A stretch of DNA of 44,087 nucleotides, taken from IMG/VR virus record IMGVR_UViG_3300025009_000032. The stretch is one strand, 5' to 3'. Positions 18,100 through 28,312 of the stretch are shown piece by piece. The notes below the pieces were generated by a model. That model was not told where the DNA came from, did not search any database, and was given only the letters and a program-made list of their open reading frames with translations. The translations under genes were made by a program, and so were the position numbers. Each line of letters begins with the position of its first letter. Positions within the stretch are counted from its first letter, which is position 1. Origin of the DNA: a virus.

Positions 18100-19242
18100 A
18101 TGTACAATTGGCTCAAAATAGAAAATAAAGGCGAAAAGGCTGTAATTAATATTACAGGCGAAATTGGTACAAATAAAGATACTTCGGCAGAGCAATTATA
18201 CAACGAATTAACATCATTATTAAATAAAGATGTTAAAGAAATAACTGTAAATATTAAAGATTCAATAGGAGGCTCGGTTATTCATGGGGCTGCAATGTTT
18301 GGATTTCTTAAAAACTCAGGGGCAAAAATAACTACATTCGCAAAAGGGAAAATAGCAAGTGCTGCGACATATCCATTTATGGCTGGTTCAGTTAGAAATG
18401 TATATAAAACAAGTGAGTTTTTACCACATCAAAGTACTATATCGGTAAGTGGGAATTCTCAAACAATAGTTAAAAATGCAGAACAGGCAGCATTAACGAT
18501 GTCTGAATTAGATAATAATATAGCGTTACTTTATAAAGACAATTCAAATGTAGAATTAGAATCAATTAAAAACATAATGTTTGAAAATAACGGAAACGGT
18601 CGTTATATAAAAGCAGATGAACTTATAAAATTAGGAATAGCAACAAATTTAATTAATATAAATATTAACGAAATGGAAAATTCAGATAAAAAGACTGGAC
18701 TTTGGAAAAATACAGCTAAGTTTTTAGCTAAATTTTTAGGAATAAAATTAGAAGATGCTGAAATTGACAGCATGGAAAACATTGAAGAGTTAGAGAATAA
18801 ATTAACAGAAAATAATACTTCTTTAATGGATGTTATAAGTAAACTTCAAAATGAATTAAGCGAAAAGGAAACCGAAATAACAACTATTAAAAATAAAAGT
18901 ACTAAAACAATTGAAGTTAAATTAACTGAAATTACCGAAGTAGCAAACAAACTTAAAGAAGTAGAAAACAGATTAACTGCAAAAGATATTGAAATAACTG
19001 ATTTAACCAATAAGGTTAAAGAGATTGAAGATTTAAAAGTTAAAGAGGTATCAGAAATAACTAATAAGTTAACCAAAGAAACAGAACTAAAAAATAATTA
19101 TTTCGGTATTCTAAAAGCTCATAAATCAGACACTTTGCCTGATGTTATTCTTGAAAATAACTTTTTACAAGTGCAAAAAATAGAAAATAAATCTAAGCAA
19201 GAACTTGCAACAGATGAAGTTAAAAAAATGTATAATTCTTAA
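18100..19242 (+). CDS. Prohead protease (ClpP/S49 family) fused to coiled-coil scaffold-like C-terminus
   Basis: ITVNIKDSIGGSVIHGAAMFGFLKNSGAKITTFAKGKIASAATYPFMAG, then a repetitive E/K/T-rich coiled coil. Confidence 0.8.
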   Translation: MYNWLKIENKGEKAVINITGEIGTNKDTSAEQLYNELTSLLNKDVKEITVNIKDSIGGSVIHGAAMFGFLKNSGAKITTFAKGKIASAATYPFMAGSVRNVYKTSEFLPHQSTISVSGNSQTIVKNAEQAALTMSELDNNIALLYKDNSNVELESIKNIMFENNGNGRYIKADELIKLGIATNLINININEMENSDKKTGLWKNTAKFLAKFLGIKLEDAEIDSMENIEELENKLTENNTSLMDVISKLQNELSEKETEITTIKNKSTKTIEVKLTEITEVANKLKEVENRLTAKDIEITDLTNKVKEIEDLKVKEVSEITNKLTKETELKNNYFGILKAHKSDTLPDVILENNFLQVQKIENKSKQELATDEVKKMYNS

Positions 19243-19252
19243 AATATATAAA

Positions 19253-20479
19253 ATGAAAAATATTAATTTTAAAAAAATCGGATTCGTATTTCTGACCATA
19301 TTGTCAGTTTTATTCTTTTTTGTTGGAGGTGCGACTAATGTAAATCAAGCAACGGCATTGCCAAGCGGTGCATTAATTGCTAATGATTTTGATTTTACAA
19401 CAAATGTAACATCGGAATTATCAAAGTTGATTTATGATGTGATACCTAAGTATTCAATTTTAACTGACGTACATGATGTTATTGAAAATGTAGTAACTGA
19501 TGACAAAATTGGATTTGTTGGTGAACTTAATGAGTTAACAGTTGCTGACCCTGGATGTGATAATAGGGTTGCAACAACTCCGCAGCTTCCTAATTCCTAT
19601 AAAGAATGGAGCATGAAAAAAATGTTGTTTTTTCCAACTTACTGTTTAGATGACTTAGATAATACGTTATTTGCATATCTAAGAAATACAGGAATAAAAG
19701 AAGGTGATTTTACGCAAGGAAGAGCAACTGTTATTCAAAAGTGGTTAGTAGATTTTATCTCACGTGCGGTTGTAAAAGATAGACGTAGAATTGTTGAATT
19801 TGCTCAAACTGGCATTGCTAAAGTTGGTTACGGAGGTATATTAACACCTGATAGTGTTGATGCTACTGTTTTAGAATCAAATTATAATATGATGAACGGC
19901 ATGTGGTATAAGATAATTGCAAATTGCAATCAATATCCTGCAAGATATAACGAAATCACAAGAAACTCCGCATTAGATGGCTCTGGTAATCTTACTTATG
20001 AAAGTCAGAAATTCACAGATGCGGACGTAACTGGCTTGGTTATGTATAAGTTAATGATGCAAATGATAAAAGATGCTGATAGTAATTTATTATCTCAACC
20101 AGGTGTTGAGTTCAGAGTTTCAAGGACAGTGTATTATCAATTACTTTCAGAATTAAGTTTGAATGATAAATTACAGGCTTCTTGGGAAATTATGCAAAAT
20201 GGAACTAAAGTTTTAAAAGTTTGGGGAATTCCAGTTATAGAAGATGTATTTATTGACGATGTATTAAGGAGAGCATTTAATACAGGTGTTTATATTGATA
20301 AACCTCACCGCATAACATTACAAAGCAAATACAACGTTCCAGTTGCAACTGGAAAACTTTCTGATACTACTGATTTCTTAATTTGGTATGAAAAATTATT
20401 AGGAAAAGTTTGTATTCAGGGAGCTTACAAAATGGATACTTTGATATTGAAAGAACAATTTACACAAGCAGCTTTTTAA
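19253..20479 (+). CDS. Putative major capsid protein
   Basis: About 408 aa immediately after the protease-scaffold gene. The first ATG after the protease stop was used rather than track start 19205. The N-terminal hydrophobic segment is atypical. Confidence 0.5.
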   Translation: MKNINFKKIGFVFLTILSVLFFFVGGATNVNQATALPSGALIANDFDFTTNVTSELSKLIYDVIPKYSILTDVHDVIENVVTDDKIGFVGELNELTVADPGCDNRVATTPQLPNSYKEWSMKKMLFFPTYCLDDLDNTLFAYLRNTGIKEGDFTQGRATVIQKWLVDFISRAVVKDRRRIVEFAQTGIAKVGYGGILTPDSVDATVLESNYNMMNGMWYKIIANCNQYPARYNEITRNSALDGSGNLTYESQKFTDADVTGLVMYKLMMQMIKDADSNLLSQPGVEFRVSRTVYYQLLSELSLNDKLQASWEIMQNGTKVLKVWGIPVIEDVFIDDVLRRAFNTGVYIDKPHRITLQSKYNVPVATGKLSDTTDFLIWYEKLLGKVCIQGAYKMDTLILKEQFTQAAF

Positions 20480-20497
20480 CCTTTAAATTATAAAGAT

Positions 20498-21082
20498 ATG
20501 ACAGATTTATGTACAGCTAATTTAAGTGCAAGTGTTGGTGACAACAAGTGCATGAAAGTAGGTATAAAAGATATTGCTTACTTAGCTAATTATGATGAAA
20601 TAGACAGTTTCACATATCATGCAACACTGCCTAATGTCATTACTAACGTAGTGATGAAAAATGACCCTTCAGGTTCACCTTATAAGATGTATGAGTTAAA
20701 AGGGATTAACAACACCAATGAAATGGCTACTGAAACTGTAAAAGGTAAGGTATATAGTTTGTTCGCTCAATCATTCAACTTTGTTTGCAATGACATGACG
20801 AGAGAAGGTTTAGAAAGAATGGATGAACTTAATAATTTTAAAGGAATTGTTATCTTTGGCAGTACTTTCGGAGGAACTAACGGAGTTGATACCTATAAGA
20901 TATTAGGAGTTGAAAATGGATTGTTTAATGACAAAATAACTGGTAGTTATAAGTCAAAAGATGGAGCTTGGATTATAAACCTTAAATCTATGACAGATTA
21001 TGAGGAAAGTAAAAACCAATATATTTTTGATGTTGGTTCAAAAGCTACAACTGAGGCTCGTTTAGCTGTTTTGATTGCTTAA
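20498..21082 (+). CDS. Abundant virion protein, possibly major tail/tube or decoration protein
   Basis: 194 aa directly after the putative capsid gene and followed by a strong terminator. Beta-rich sequence. Confidence 0.4.
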   Translation: MTDLCTANLSASVGDNKCMKVGIKDIAYLANYDEIDSFTYHATLPNVITNVVMKNDPSGSPYKMYELKGINNTNEMATETVKGKVYSLFAQSFNFVCNDMTREGLERMDELNNFKGIVIFGSTFGGTNGVDTYKILGVENGLFNDKITGSYKSKDGAWIINLKSMTDYEESKNQYIFDVGSKATTEARLAVLIA

Positions 21083-21114
21083 AATGTAGAGATTATTATT
21101 AATATGTATTAAAA

Positions 21115-21147
21115 AAGGCAATTAGAATTATTTAGTTGCCTTTTTTT
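21115..21147 (+). terminator. Rho-independent terminator
   Basis: AAGGCAA (21115-21121) pairs with TTGCCTT (21136-21142), followed by a T-run. Confidence 0.7.
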
Positions 21148-21153
21148 ATAAAA

Positions 21154-21891
21154 ATGAAAGAAGAAAGAATAAAATTAATTGAAATTGAATTAAGTAAATT
21201 TAGCGATAATACATTATATTTTAGCTTGAATGACAAACAATTATTAAGAAAAATATGTATTGAAATATTTGGAGAAAAAAAGACAGAGGCAATATATAAA
21301 AGAGGTTGTTCGAGTTGCGATATAAAAGCATATAGAGAAATAAATAATTACATTAAAAATAAAATTTATATGAATAATTTTAAATTAAAAACAGATAAAA
21401 AAGGCAATAGTGTACTAATAAACTACCCAGGCGCTGTTTATGATAATAATAATTTAACAGATGATATTGCAATAGCATGTTTGAGATATTCAAAAACAAA
21501 AGTTAGCATTTGCACGATTGATTCTTTTGAAAAATATCCAGCAAATTGGAAAGACTTAGTTGATGGAGTTGCAACTGAAATAAAAAAAGAACCAGAACAA
21601 ATAAAAATTGATTCCGAACTTTTAACAAAAAGAACAGAAGAAATTGAACCATTAAAAAAGTATCTTAAATTTAGTGTGCTTCCTTATGATGAATTACCAA
21701 AAGATAAATGGGATAATCTAATAAAATCATTAACTTTTGAAAGAGATAATGATGCTGAATATTTAAAAGCTAAAAAATTAGCTGAATTAGAAACCAAAAC
21801 TGTCAAAGAATTAAAAGAGCATCTATCAGTAGATGAATTGAAAATATATAAAAAGAAAACAGACATAATTGAATTTCTATTGAATAAATAA
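21154..21891 (+). CDS. Hypothetical protein
   Basis: Track start 21136 is a TTG inside the terminator stem. The first ATG is at 21154. Confidence 0.6.
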   Translation: MKEERIKLIEIELSKFSDNTLYFSLNDKQLLRKICIEIFGEKKTEAIYKRGCSSCDIKAYREINNYIKNKIYMNNFKLKTDKKGNSVLINYPGAVYDNNNLTDDIAIACLRYSKTKVSICTIDSFEKYPANWKDLVDGVATEIKKEPEQIKIDSELLTKRTEEIEPLKKYLKFSVLPYDELPKDKWDNLIKSLTFERDNDAEYLKAKKLAELETKTVKELKEHLSVDELKIYKKKTDIIEFLLNK

Positions 21892-23171
21892 TGGCTGATA
21901 ACCCTTCTTTATATACTCGTATAGCTTTACCTATTCCAGATAATGATTGGAATAATGAAGAAGTGTATAAATATCACATAGATAATGGCTACGACTGGCG
22001 AAACATCAATATTATAGACCATTCAACAACTGCAACTGGTTGTATAAAGGTATTAAACGATTTTGTTAATGGAAATGGTTTTAAAGACAAAAAACTTTAT
22101 GGATTAGTCATTAATAAAGACGGGGAAACAGCAGATAAATTCAGGTCGGATATTGGAAATGCAATAAATAATCAAGAGAGGTTAACTATTCACATACAAC
22201 CTAACGCATTAGGACAAATAACATCAATTAAATTAATTCCATCGTATTTAATAAGAAAAATGAAAATACAAAAAGAGGGAGTTAATAAAAAATTGATGTC
22301 TAATATGTTGGTTAAGTCAAAGTATTGGTACTATGGATATTTTTTTAGTTTAAAAGAGGACTTAGAATACTACTACCCTTTTACATTAGACCCTAAAGAA
22401 ATAGCCGAACAAATTAAACACGCTGGAGGCATTGAAAAGTATAATGGACAAATTATTGATTTAAATTACTGTGATAATTTCAACATATATCCAAAAGTAA
22501 CATATCATTCAGCATTAAACTACATGCTTACGGAGGGTGAAATTTCACTTTTTTATAACAATGCTGTAAACAATAATTTTAATGCTTCTGGTATATTAAA
22601 AACTAGTGTTTTTGAAACTGAAACAGAAGGAGGTAGAGAATTAAAAAAGAGATTTGATAAAAATATAAATAGTCATCAATCTGCTACTAATGCATTAAAA
22701 ATATTACATGTAGAATTACAGGAAGGGCAAATGTTTGACTATGTACCTACACAACCTGTTAATGTTGACAATCAATATAAAAATACAGATATAGTTTCAT
22801 TTAATAAAATTACAGCAGCGTTTGATGTTGAAGAGAAACTATTGAAAGAAACCACAGGTAACGGTTTTGATAACAAGATAAAAAAATCATTATATCAAAG
22901 TCAAAACGAAAAAACCAAAGGCAAAAGATTATTCGCAGAACAAGTAATGAAACTTGTGTTTGATAATTGGCATGAAGGCTCACCGTCAAATGATTATACA
23001 ATTGACCAATTAAAATTTGAATTAGCATTAGAAGATATACCAACTGAATTAATAAAGCTTATTTGCGACCCTTCAATTGATAAAAATGCACTTTTAGGTA
23101 CATTAATAGAAATAGGAGGATATAGTGAAGAAAGGGCAAAAAATATACTTGGATTAAATAAAAAGCCATGA
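21891..23171 (+). CDS. Putative portal protein
   Basis: 426 aa. Overall portal-like pattern (..NGNGF.., ITAAFDVEEKLL resembling the portal I.afgvP..ll motif). Assigned by eye only. Confidence 0.5.
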   Translation: MADNPSLYTRIALPIPDNDWNNEEVYKYHIDNGYDWRNINIIDHSTTATGCIKVLNDFVNGNGFKDKKLYGLVINKDGETADKFRSDIGNAINNQERLTIHIQPNALGQITSIKLIPSYLIRKMKIQKEGVNKKLMSNMLVKSKYWYYGYFFSLKEDLEYYYPFTLDPKEIAEQIKHAGGIEKYNGQIIDLNYCDNFNIYPKVTYHSALNYMLTEGEISLFYNNAVNNNFNASGILKTSVFETETEGGRELKKRFDKNINSHQSATNALKILHVELQEGQMFDYVPTQPVNVDNQYKNTDIVSFNKITAAFDVEEKLLKETTGNGFDNKIKKSLYQSQNEKTKGKRLFAEQVMKLVFDNWHEGSPSNDYTIDQLKFELALEDIPTELIKLICDPSIDKNALLGTLIEIGGYSEERAKNILGLNKKP

Positions 23172-23767
23172 ATTTAATTACATACAAAGAAGTTTTATTG
23201 ATTAATCCTTTATTATCTGATTATAATGAGGATAAGATAATGAAATATATTGTTGATAGTCAAAAATTAGACATACGACCACTTTTAGGAACTCAGTTGT
23301 ATTTAGATTTAATCAATAATATTGACTATAATCTTTCAGAGCCATACTCAGATTCAATTGTTTTTACAGATTCAAAGTATAATGATTTAATGAATGGCTG
23401 TGAATGGACGTACAACGATAAATTAGACATGCACGAAGGATTAAAGACTGTATTAGTTAATTATGCTTATGCACGATATTTACCTAATTCTACATCTGTA
23501 AATTCAGAAAGCGGGGAAATGGAATTGATAAGAGATTTTTCAAGACCGTTAAGCTCTGCGAGAATGTCCGAGATAGTTCAACAGGCTAATAGTGCAGCTT
23601 ACGTCTTTTGGCAATCAATAGAAAGATTTTTAAAACAAAACAGAACTATATATACACTATATACATGCACTCCCGATTCTGCTGAAAAATCAGGCATAAG
23701 AATAAGTGCAATAGGGGGGCAAGAAAATAAATATCCTTATAATAATTACCCATTTGAATTATGGTAG
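23168..23767 (+). CDS. Hypothetical virion protein (possible head-tail connector)
   Basis: 199 aa directly after the putative portal, with a 4-nt overlap. Confidence 0.45.
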   Translation: MNLITYKEVLLINPLLSDYNEDKIMKYIVDSQKLDIRPLLGTQLYLDLINNIDYNLSEPYSDSIVFTDSKYNDLMNGCEWTYNDKLDMHEGLKTVLVNYAYARYLPNSTSVNSESGEMELIRDFSRPLSSARMSEIVQQANSAAYVFWQSIERFLKQNRTIYTLYTCTPDSAEKSGIRISAIGGQENKYPYNNYPFELW

Positions 23768-25119
23768 AACTATATTTAACATTAAGAACATTAGTACATA
23801 GTTTTTTAACGACTGTTAATAGAAAGATAACAGCATTAGAGCATGATAGAAATATAGCATATTTATATGACTGGATTCGTTCTTTAATATATAAGACAGA
23901 GCCAAGCTGGAAGGTTGACATAACTTATTCAACTGGGGATAAAAGATATTATTCTAATTTTCTGTATCAATCAAAAGTTGATAGCAATTTAGGTAATACT
24001 CCTGTCGATGGGACTTTTGATGTGTACGGGCAGCCGATAGTTGATAATTATTGGTTAAGAATACCTCCTGAAATAAGTAATGTAAGGGAGTTAACATTAA
24101 TAGAATTTAATGAAATATTAACAAACAGCGAATTAGAGCCATATATTAATTATGAGATTCAAGATACTGAAGAAACATACATAAAGACTAATGAAAGAAT
24201 AATATTAAAAGCTATTACAAGTAATAAAATATCTCCAAATGGATATTTAAAGGCATTAAACCCAGACTATCAGGGTATAGGTGTTTATTCAGGTTGCGAA
24301 GGTTATGATGGATATGGCAACCCTATTAACAAAGGTAAATGGTATGAAGGCATAGCAGCCGATGATGGATATGGTGTAAGTTTGGTTTTAACTGACCAAA
24401 TAGTAATATACAATGGTTTGCATTATAGGAAAAAATCAGATACTATCACAGCATTAGACCCTGCGACTGACACAACGAATTATGAAGTAGTAGCCAAAAG
24501 TCTAACTACTGGCTACATATTAGAAATTGATAGCATTAAGATAGACTGGGACTATTCAGACAATACATTTGTTTGGCTTATAAGAGAGGACAAAAGAGGT
24601 AATGTTGTGAGAAGCTACCAGCCTCAACTATTTTCATGGGGCAATGATAATGTTTTTAAAAACAACAAACCTTTTGGGGCTGAATTAAACAACGTAAACT
24701 TCAGAGGAATAATGAGTAGATGTTCATTTATGACATGCTCTGGCACTTTTACATTTGATTCGACTGATGTCAATAAGTATGATGAAATCGAATTTAATAA
24801 TTTTGTTACTGAACAAACTGGAAATTATACAGTTTTGCAATCAGATATTAATTCAACAATAAAATTAAATAGCACGTCAAATTTTGAGCTAATATTTCAA
24901 CAAGATTCAGATTGTGCCAACGCTGAAGTTATACCAATGGGAGCAACAGGCAAAGTAATACAGATAGATTCAGGATATTGGACTGTTACGGCTGGTACTG
25001 GTGTAACATTAATTTTGGTAGGACTTAATTTAAAAACTTCACAAGGAGCAATTATATTTTGGGAAAAAGTAGCAGAAAACACATTTGCTGTTAGTCAAAC
25101 AACATCATTAACGGCATAA
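23761..25119 (+). CDS. Putative tail fibre/spike-like protein
   Basis: 452 aa with N/T/G/Y-rich beta composition. Position only. Confidence 0.4.
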   Translation: MVELYLTLRTLVHSFLTTVNRKITALEHDRNIAYLYDWIRSLIYKTEPSWKVDITYSTGDKRYYSNFLYQSKVDSNLGNTPVDGTFDVYGQPIVDNYWLRIPPEISNVRELTLIEFNEILTNSELEPYINYEIQDTEETYIKTNERIILKAITSNKISPNGYLKALNPDYQGIGVYSGCEGYDGYGNPINKGKWYEGIAADDGYGVSLVLTDQIVIYNGLHYRKKSDTITALDPATDTTNYEVVAKSLTTGYILEIDSIKIDWDYSDNTFVWLIREDKRGNVVRSYQPQLFSWGNDNVFKNNKPFGAELNNVNFRGIMSRCSFMTCSGTFTFDSTDVNKYDEIEFNNFVTEQTGNYTVLQSDINSTIKLNSTSNFELIFQQDSDCANAEVIPMGATGKVIQIDSGYWTVTAGTGVTLILVGLNLKTSQGAIIFWEKVAENTFAVSQTTSLTA

Positions 25120-25120
25120 T

Positions 25121-25441
25121 ATGGATAATTCAGAATTAGCTTTAATAGTAGGGAAGATGCAGTCAGATGTTGCTGCAGTAAAAGAGATACTGAATAGGTG
25201 GATTGAAACCAATGAAAAAAAAATTTTATCTCACGAAGAATTAATTAAAAAAGTTGATGCTAAATGCAAAGTATGTCCTGAAAATGAACCTGCAATTATG
25301 GTTATATCTCAAAAGACTTATGAGGCATTAAATACATCATACAGGAATAGAATTAACTGGATAATAGGTATTTTTACATTTATATTTATAACAGTTGAAT
25401 TTATGCAGAATTTTGATAAATTTATAAAATATCTTTTATGA
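25121..25441 (+). CDS. Membrane-anchored protein (C-terminal TM)
   Basis: 106 aa with a single hydrophobic helix, INWIIGIFTFIFITVEF, near the C-terminus. Confidence 0.5.
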   Translation: MDNSELALIVGKMQSDVAAVKEILNRWIETNEKKILSHEELIKKVDAKCKVCPENEPAIMVISQKTYEALNTSYRNRINWIIGIFTFIFITVEFMQNFDKFIKYLL

Positions 25442-25905
25442 GATGGCTATATTTAATTATATTTATTCTTTTATTGCAATCGTGTTCTATTTCAAAGAAA
25501 TTAGACAAATATTGTCCATTATGTCCAACCAAGACGATTATTAAAGACAGCATTTCGGTTGTTTATAAAGACAGTTTAGTTATATTTGATTTGCCTTCTG
25601 ATACAGTATTTAACATTCAAAAAATACCATGTGAAAATATAAATATACCTTTAAAAAGAATAGTTAAAGGAATTATAACAGCAGAAAGCTATGTTATTAA
25701 CTCTAATTTATATATCAATGCTTATCTTAATCAAAAAATTATCAAAGATTCAATTAAAATTAAATATGTTACTGAAACAAAAATTAAACAGATTGATAGA
25801 AATATTGAAGTCGTAAAATATAAAACTCCACTATCTAATTATGCTATTTTTGGACTTTTAGGAATGCTTATTATTTTATTAATATATTTAGTATTTAAAA
25901 AATGA
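25438..25905 (+). CDS. Lipoprotein with C-terminal TM helix (unimolecular-spanin-like)
   Basis: N-terminal MRWLYLIIFILLLQSC lipobox and C-terminal AIFGLLGMLIILLIYLVF TM helix, the same topology as T1 gp11-type u-spanins. Confidence 0.5.
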   Translation: MRWLYLIIFILLLQSCSISKKLDKYCPLCPTKTIIKDSISVVYKDSLVIFDLPSDTVFNIQKIPCENINIPLKRIVKGIITAESYVINSNLYINAYLNQKIIKDSIKIKYVTETKIKQIDRNIEVVKYKTPLSNYAIFGLLGMLIILLIYLVFKK

Positions 25906-26072
25906 AATCTTATAAAACAACTATAATCGGCTTGCTTTTGGCTATTTGCATAGCATTACAGCCATATTTTGAAACAAATGAGATTAATTATAAGTCTTTA
26001 GTAATTGCCTTACTTGTGGCTATATTAAGCTATTTTGCAAAAGACAAAGACGTAAGTGGGGAAAATAAATGA
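25902..26072 (+). CDS. Small two-TM membrane protein (holin-like)
   Basis: 56 aa. TTIIGLLLAICIAL and SLVIALLVAILSYF helices with a charged C-terminus. ATGA overlaps at both ends. Below the track cutoff. Confidence 0.45.
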   Translation: MKSYKTTIIGLLLAICIALQPYFETNEINYKSLVIALLVAILSYFAKDKDVSGENK

Positions 26073-28309
26073 ACACTTTCGGAAGGTTAACGGCTGGTAA
26101 TACTTATACAATTAATATCTCATTAGTAGATGTTAACGGCTCGGCTGTGGACTTTTCAAATGCTAATGTTTGCCCTATTCAAATTTATGCAAAAAAATAC
26201 AATGAACTATTGCAAGAGTTTGATAAATCTGATTTATCAATACTTGCCGATGTAGGTTCTTTTAACTTCACACCAACGGTAACTGATGAAATATTCATAA
26301 AAATAAATAATAGTGCTTTTGAAGTTTCTGAGGTGCAAGTAGGTTCTGATTTCGATGTAATTACTCAGTTTGTTTATAATGTTATCTCAACACCAGTTGA
26401 CATATTAGGAACATTATTAGCAGGATTAGGAGTTGGGACAGATACACCTATATTAGCTGCAAATAGCGTTCTAACTGCATTTGAAAATTTACAGGCACAG
26501 ATAACAGCAAGAATTAGCGGAAGCGGAACAACCAATTATATACCTAAGTTTACTGGGGCAAGTGCAATAGGTAACTCATTATTATTTGACAATGGAACAA
26601 ATATAGGAATAAACACAATATTGCCTTCAAGTAAATTGTCAATATGGGACGCTGGGGCAGACGGATTAACCATAAGTTCATTTTCAACTACATATCAGAA
26701 AATGGCTACTATTAATTTAAATAGTTCATATAATGATACGTTAGGCACATATACAGAGACGGTAACAGGACAGGAATTATCAGCAATAAACACTTACGGT
26801 GTTAATACAGCGAGTGCATTAAGTTTGGGTTCATCAATAAAAACCGTGCAAATTGGAGCAGCAGGAACATACTTAACCACGAGGCTTTATTTTTTAATGC
26901 CTAAGTCAACAACCGTAGCACCAACAAGGGCGGCAGTTTTGACATACAAAGGACAGCTTTCGTTAGGAAATACGACCTATGAGGCTAATAATAATCCCGC
27001 TTATAATCTGACTTTTGAAGGCAGCATGAATGCTACTTTTGGAATGTCTAGAAACACATTAAATGCAACACAGGGAGCAGATATGTACTTCACGGCTGGT
27101 GCCCCTAAGATTGCCCAAACAAATATAAACGGAGGGAATTTTAGAATATACTCAGGAATATCGACAGGCACAGGAACGTCTAACATTCTTTTCTTTACTG
27201 CTTCTGCAGGTGTTTCGGGTACAGCAGACAACACCCCTACTGAAAAAATGAGAATTGACGGAGCAGGAAATGTTGGTATTGGAATAACTGCCCCAACGTG
27301 TAAATTACATATAAAAGACGGAACTGGAACTGGGGTTAATGCTGGGGTGGTTACTTTAGATGCAGGAGTATCAAGCGGACAAATTAATTTAAGTTTTGCA
27401 GATAATGGCACAATTAAATGGAGTATATTTAAGGGAGGGGAAAACGACTTGCATATCTGGGATTCTACATATAGGGTAACATTTAAGCAAGGAGGAAATG
27501 TATTAATTGGTACTACCACAGACGGCATGACTGCTGGTGGCTCTTTGGCAATAGCTAAAGACTTTGCACATAGGGGGACGTATTTCGGTGCATATAATGT
27601 AACTCCAATTACCAAGCCCGCAAATACTGTTGCAATAAATACTTTATTAGTTAATTTGGGTTTCAGGGCTTCGGGTGGATATGCTAATTTTGACACTACG
27701 TTAATGCCAAGAGCTGGGACTGCTTCGGCAAATACAGCCCCGATAAAGTTTACTTCTGGTCCGTTACTTGCAACTCCTGAAAACGGAACGATAGAATATT
27801 ATGATGATAGATTTTGGATTACAAATATAGCACATCAAAGAGTAATTGACAGAACATCAGACGTTAAAATAACTACTACGACAGTAACTAATACAGTAAT
27901 AGAAACGTTGGTTTATACAGCACCAATTGATGCTAACAGTTTGAAAATTAAAAATATTATAAAACTGTATTTATACGGAGTTATTGACGAAGCAGCCGTA
28001 GCTGATGCGGTTACAATTAGAGTGTACATGGGTGGTGTATTAATGGCTTCTATTGTTAGCCCTGCAACTGGAGTTACAGCTAAATGTTGGAAAGTAAAAG
28101 GTACGGCAACGGTAAGAACAATAGGAATTACCGCAAGTATGGCTTGGGACATAGATATGGTAGCAGAATCAGTTACATCAAATTCGTGTGGAGTTTCATC
28201 ATTTGATAGTACTGTCGCTAATGATATAACCGTTACTGCTCAATGGAATAATGCTAAGGTAGGGAACATTTTTACTTGTGAACAAGGTTTTGTAAATTAT
28301 AAACATTAA
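26069..28309 (+). CDS. Tail fibre protein
   Basis: 746 aa. GSGTTNYIPKFTG.., NIGINT, GNVGIGITAPTCKLHI repeats typical of Bacteroidota-phage fibre proteins. Confidence 0.75.
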   Translation: MNTFGRLTAGNTYTINISLVDVNGSAVDFSNANVCPIQIYAKKYNELLQEFDKSDLSILADVGSFNFTPTVTDEIFIKINNSAFEVSEVQVGSDFDVITQFVYNVISTPVDILGTLLAGLGVGTDTPILAANSVLTAFENLQAQITARISGSGTTNYIPKFTGASAIGNSLLFDNGTNIGINTILPSSKLSIWDAGADGLTISSFSTTYQKMATINLNSSYNDTLGTYTETVTGQELSAINTYGVNTASALSLGSSIKTVQIGAAGTYLTTRLYFLMPKSTTVAPTRAAVLTYKGQLSLGNTTYEANNNPAYNLTFEGSMNATFGMSRNTLNATQGADMYFTAGAPKIAQTNINGGNFRIYSGISTGTGTSNILFFTASAGVSGTADNTPTEKMRIDGAGNVGIGITAPTCKLHIKDGTGTGVNAGVVTLDAGVSSGQINLSFADNGTIKWSIFKGGENDLHIWDSTYRVTFKQGGNVLIGTTTDGMTAGGSLAIAKDFAHRGTYFGAYNVTPITKPANTVAINTLLVNLGFRASGGYANFDTTLMPRAGTASANTAPIKFTSGPLLATPENGTIEYYDDRFWITNIAHQRVIDRTSDVKITTTTVTNTVIETLVYTAPIDANSLKIKNIIKLYLYGVIDEAAVADAVTIRVYMGGVLMASIVSPATGVTAKCWKVKGTATVRTIGITASMAWDIDMVAESVTSNSCGVSSFDSTVANDITVTAQWNNAKVGNIFTCEQGFVNYKH

Positions 28310-28312
28310 ATA

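Noticed and set aside
21136-21153. TTG start of track ORF 21136-21891
   Set aside because: The TTG lies in the descending arm of the terminator hairpin (TTGCCTTTTTTT). The ATG at 21154 is preferred.
27001-27696. 231-aa ORF on the minus strand
   Set aside because: It lies entirely antisense to the well-supported 746-aa fibre gene. Its G/A/T/N-rich repetitive codons leave the opposite strand free of stops. It has no promoter or start context. Every other gene except the lysin is on the + strand.
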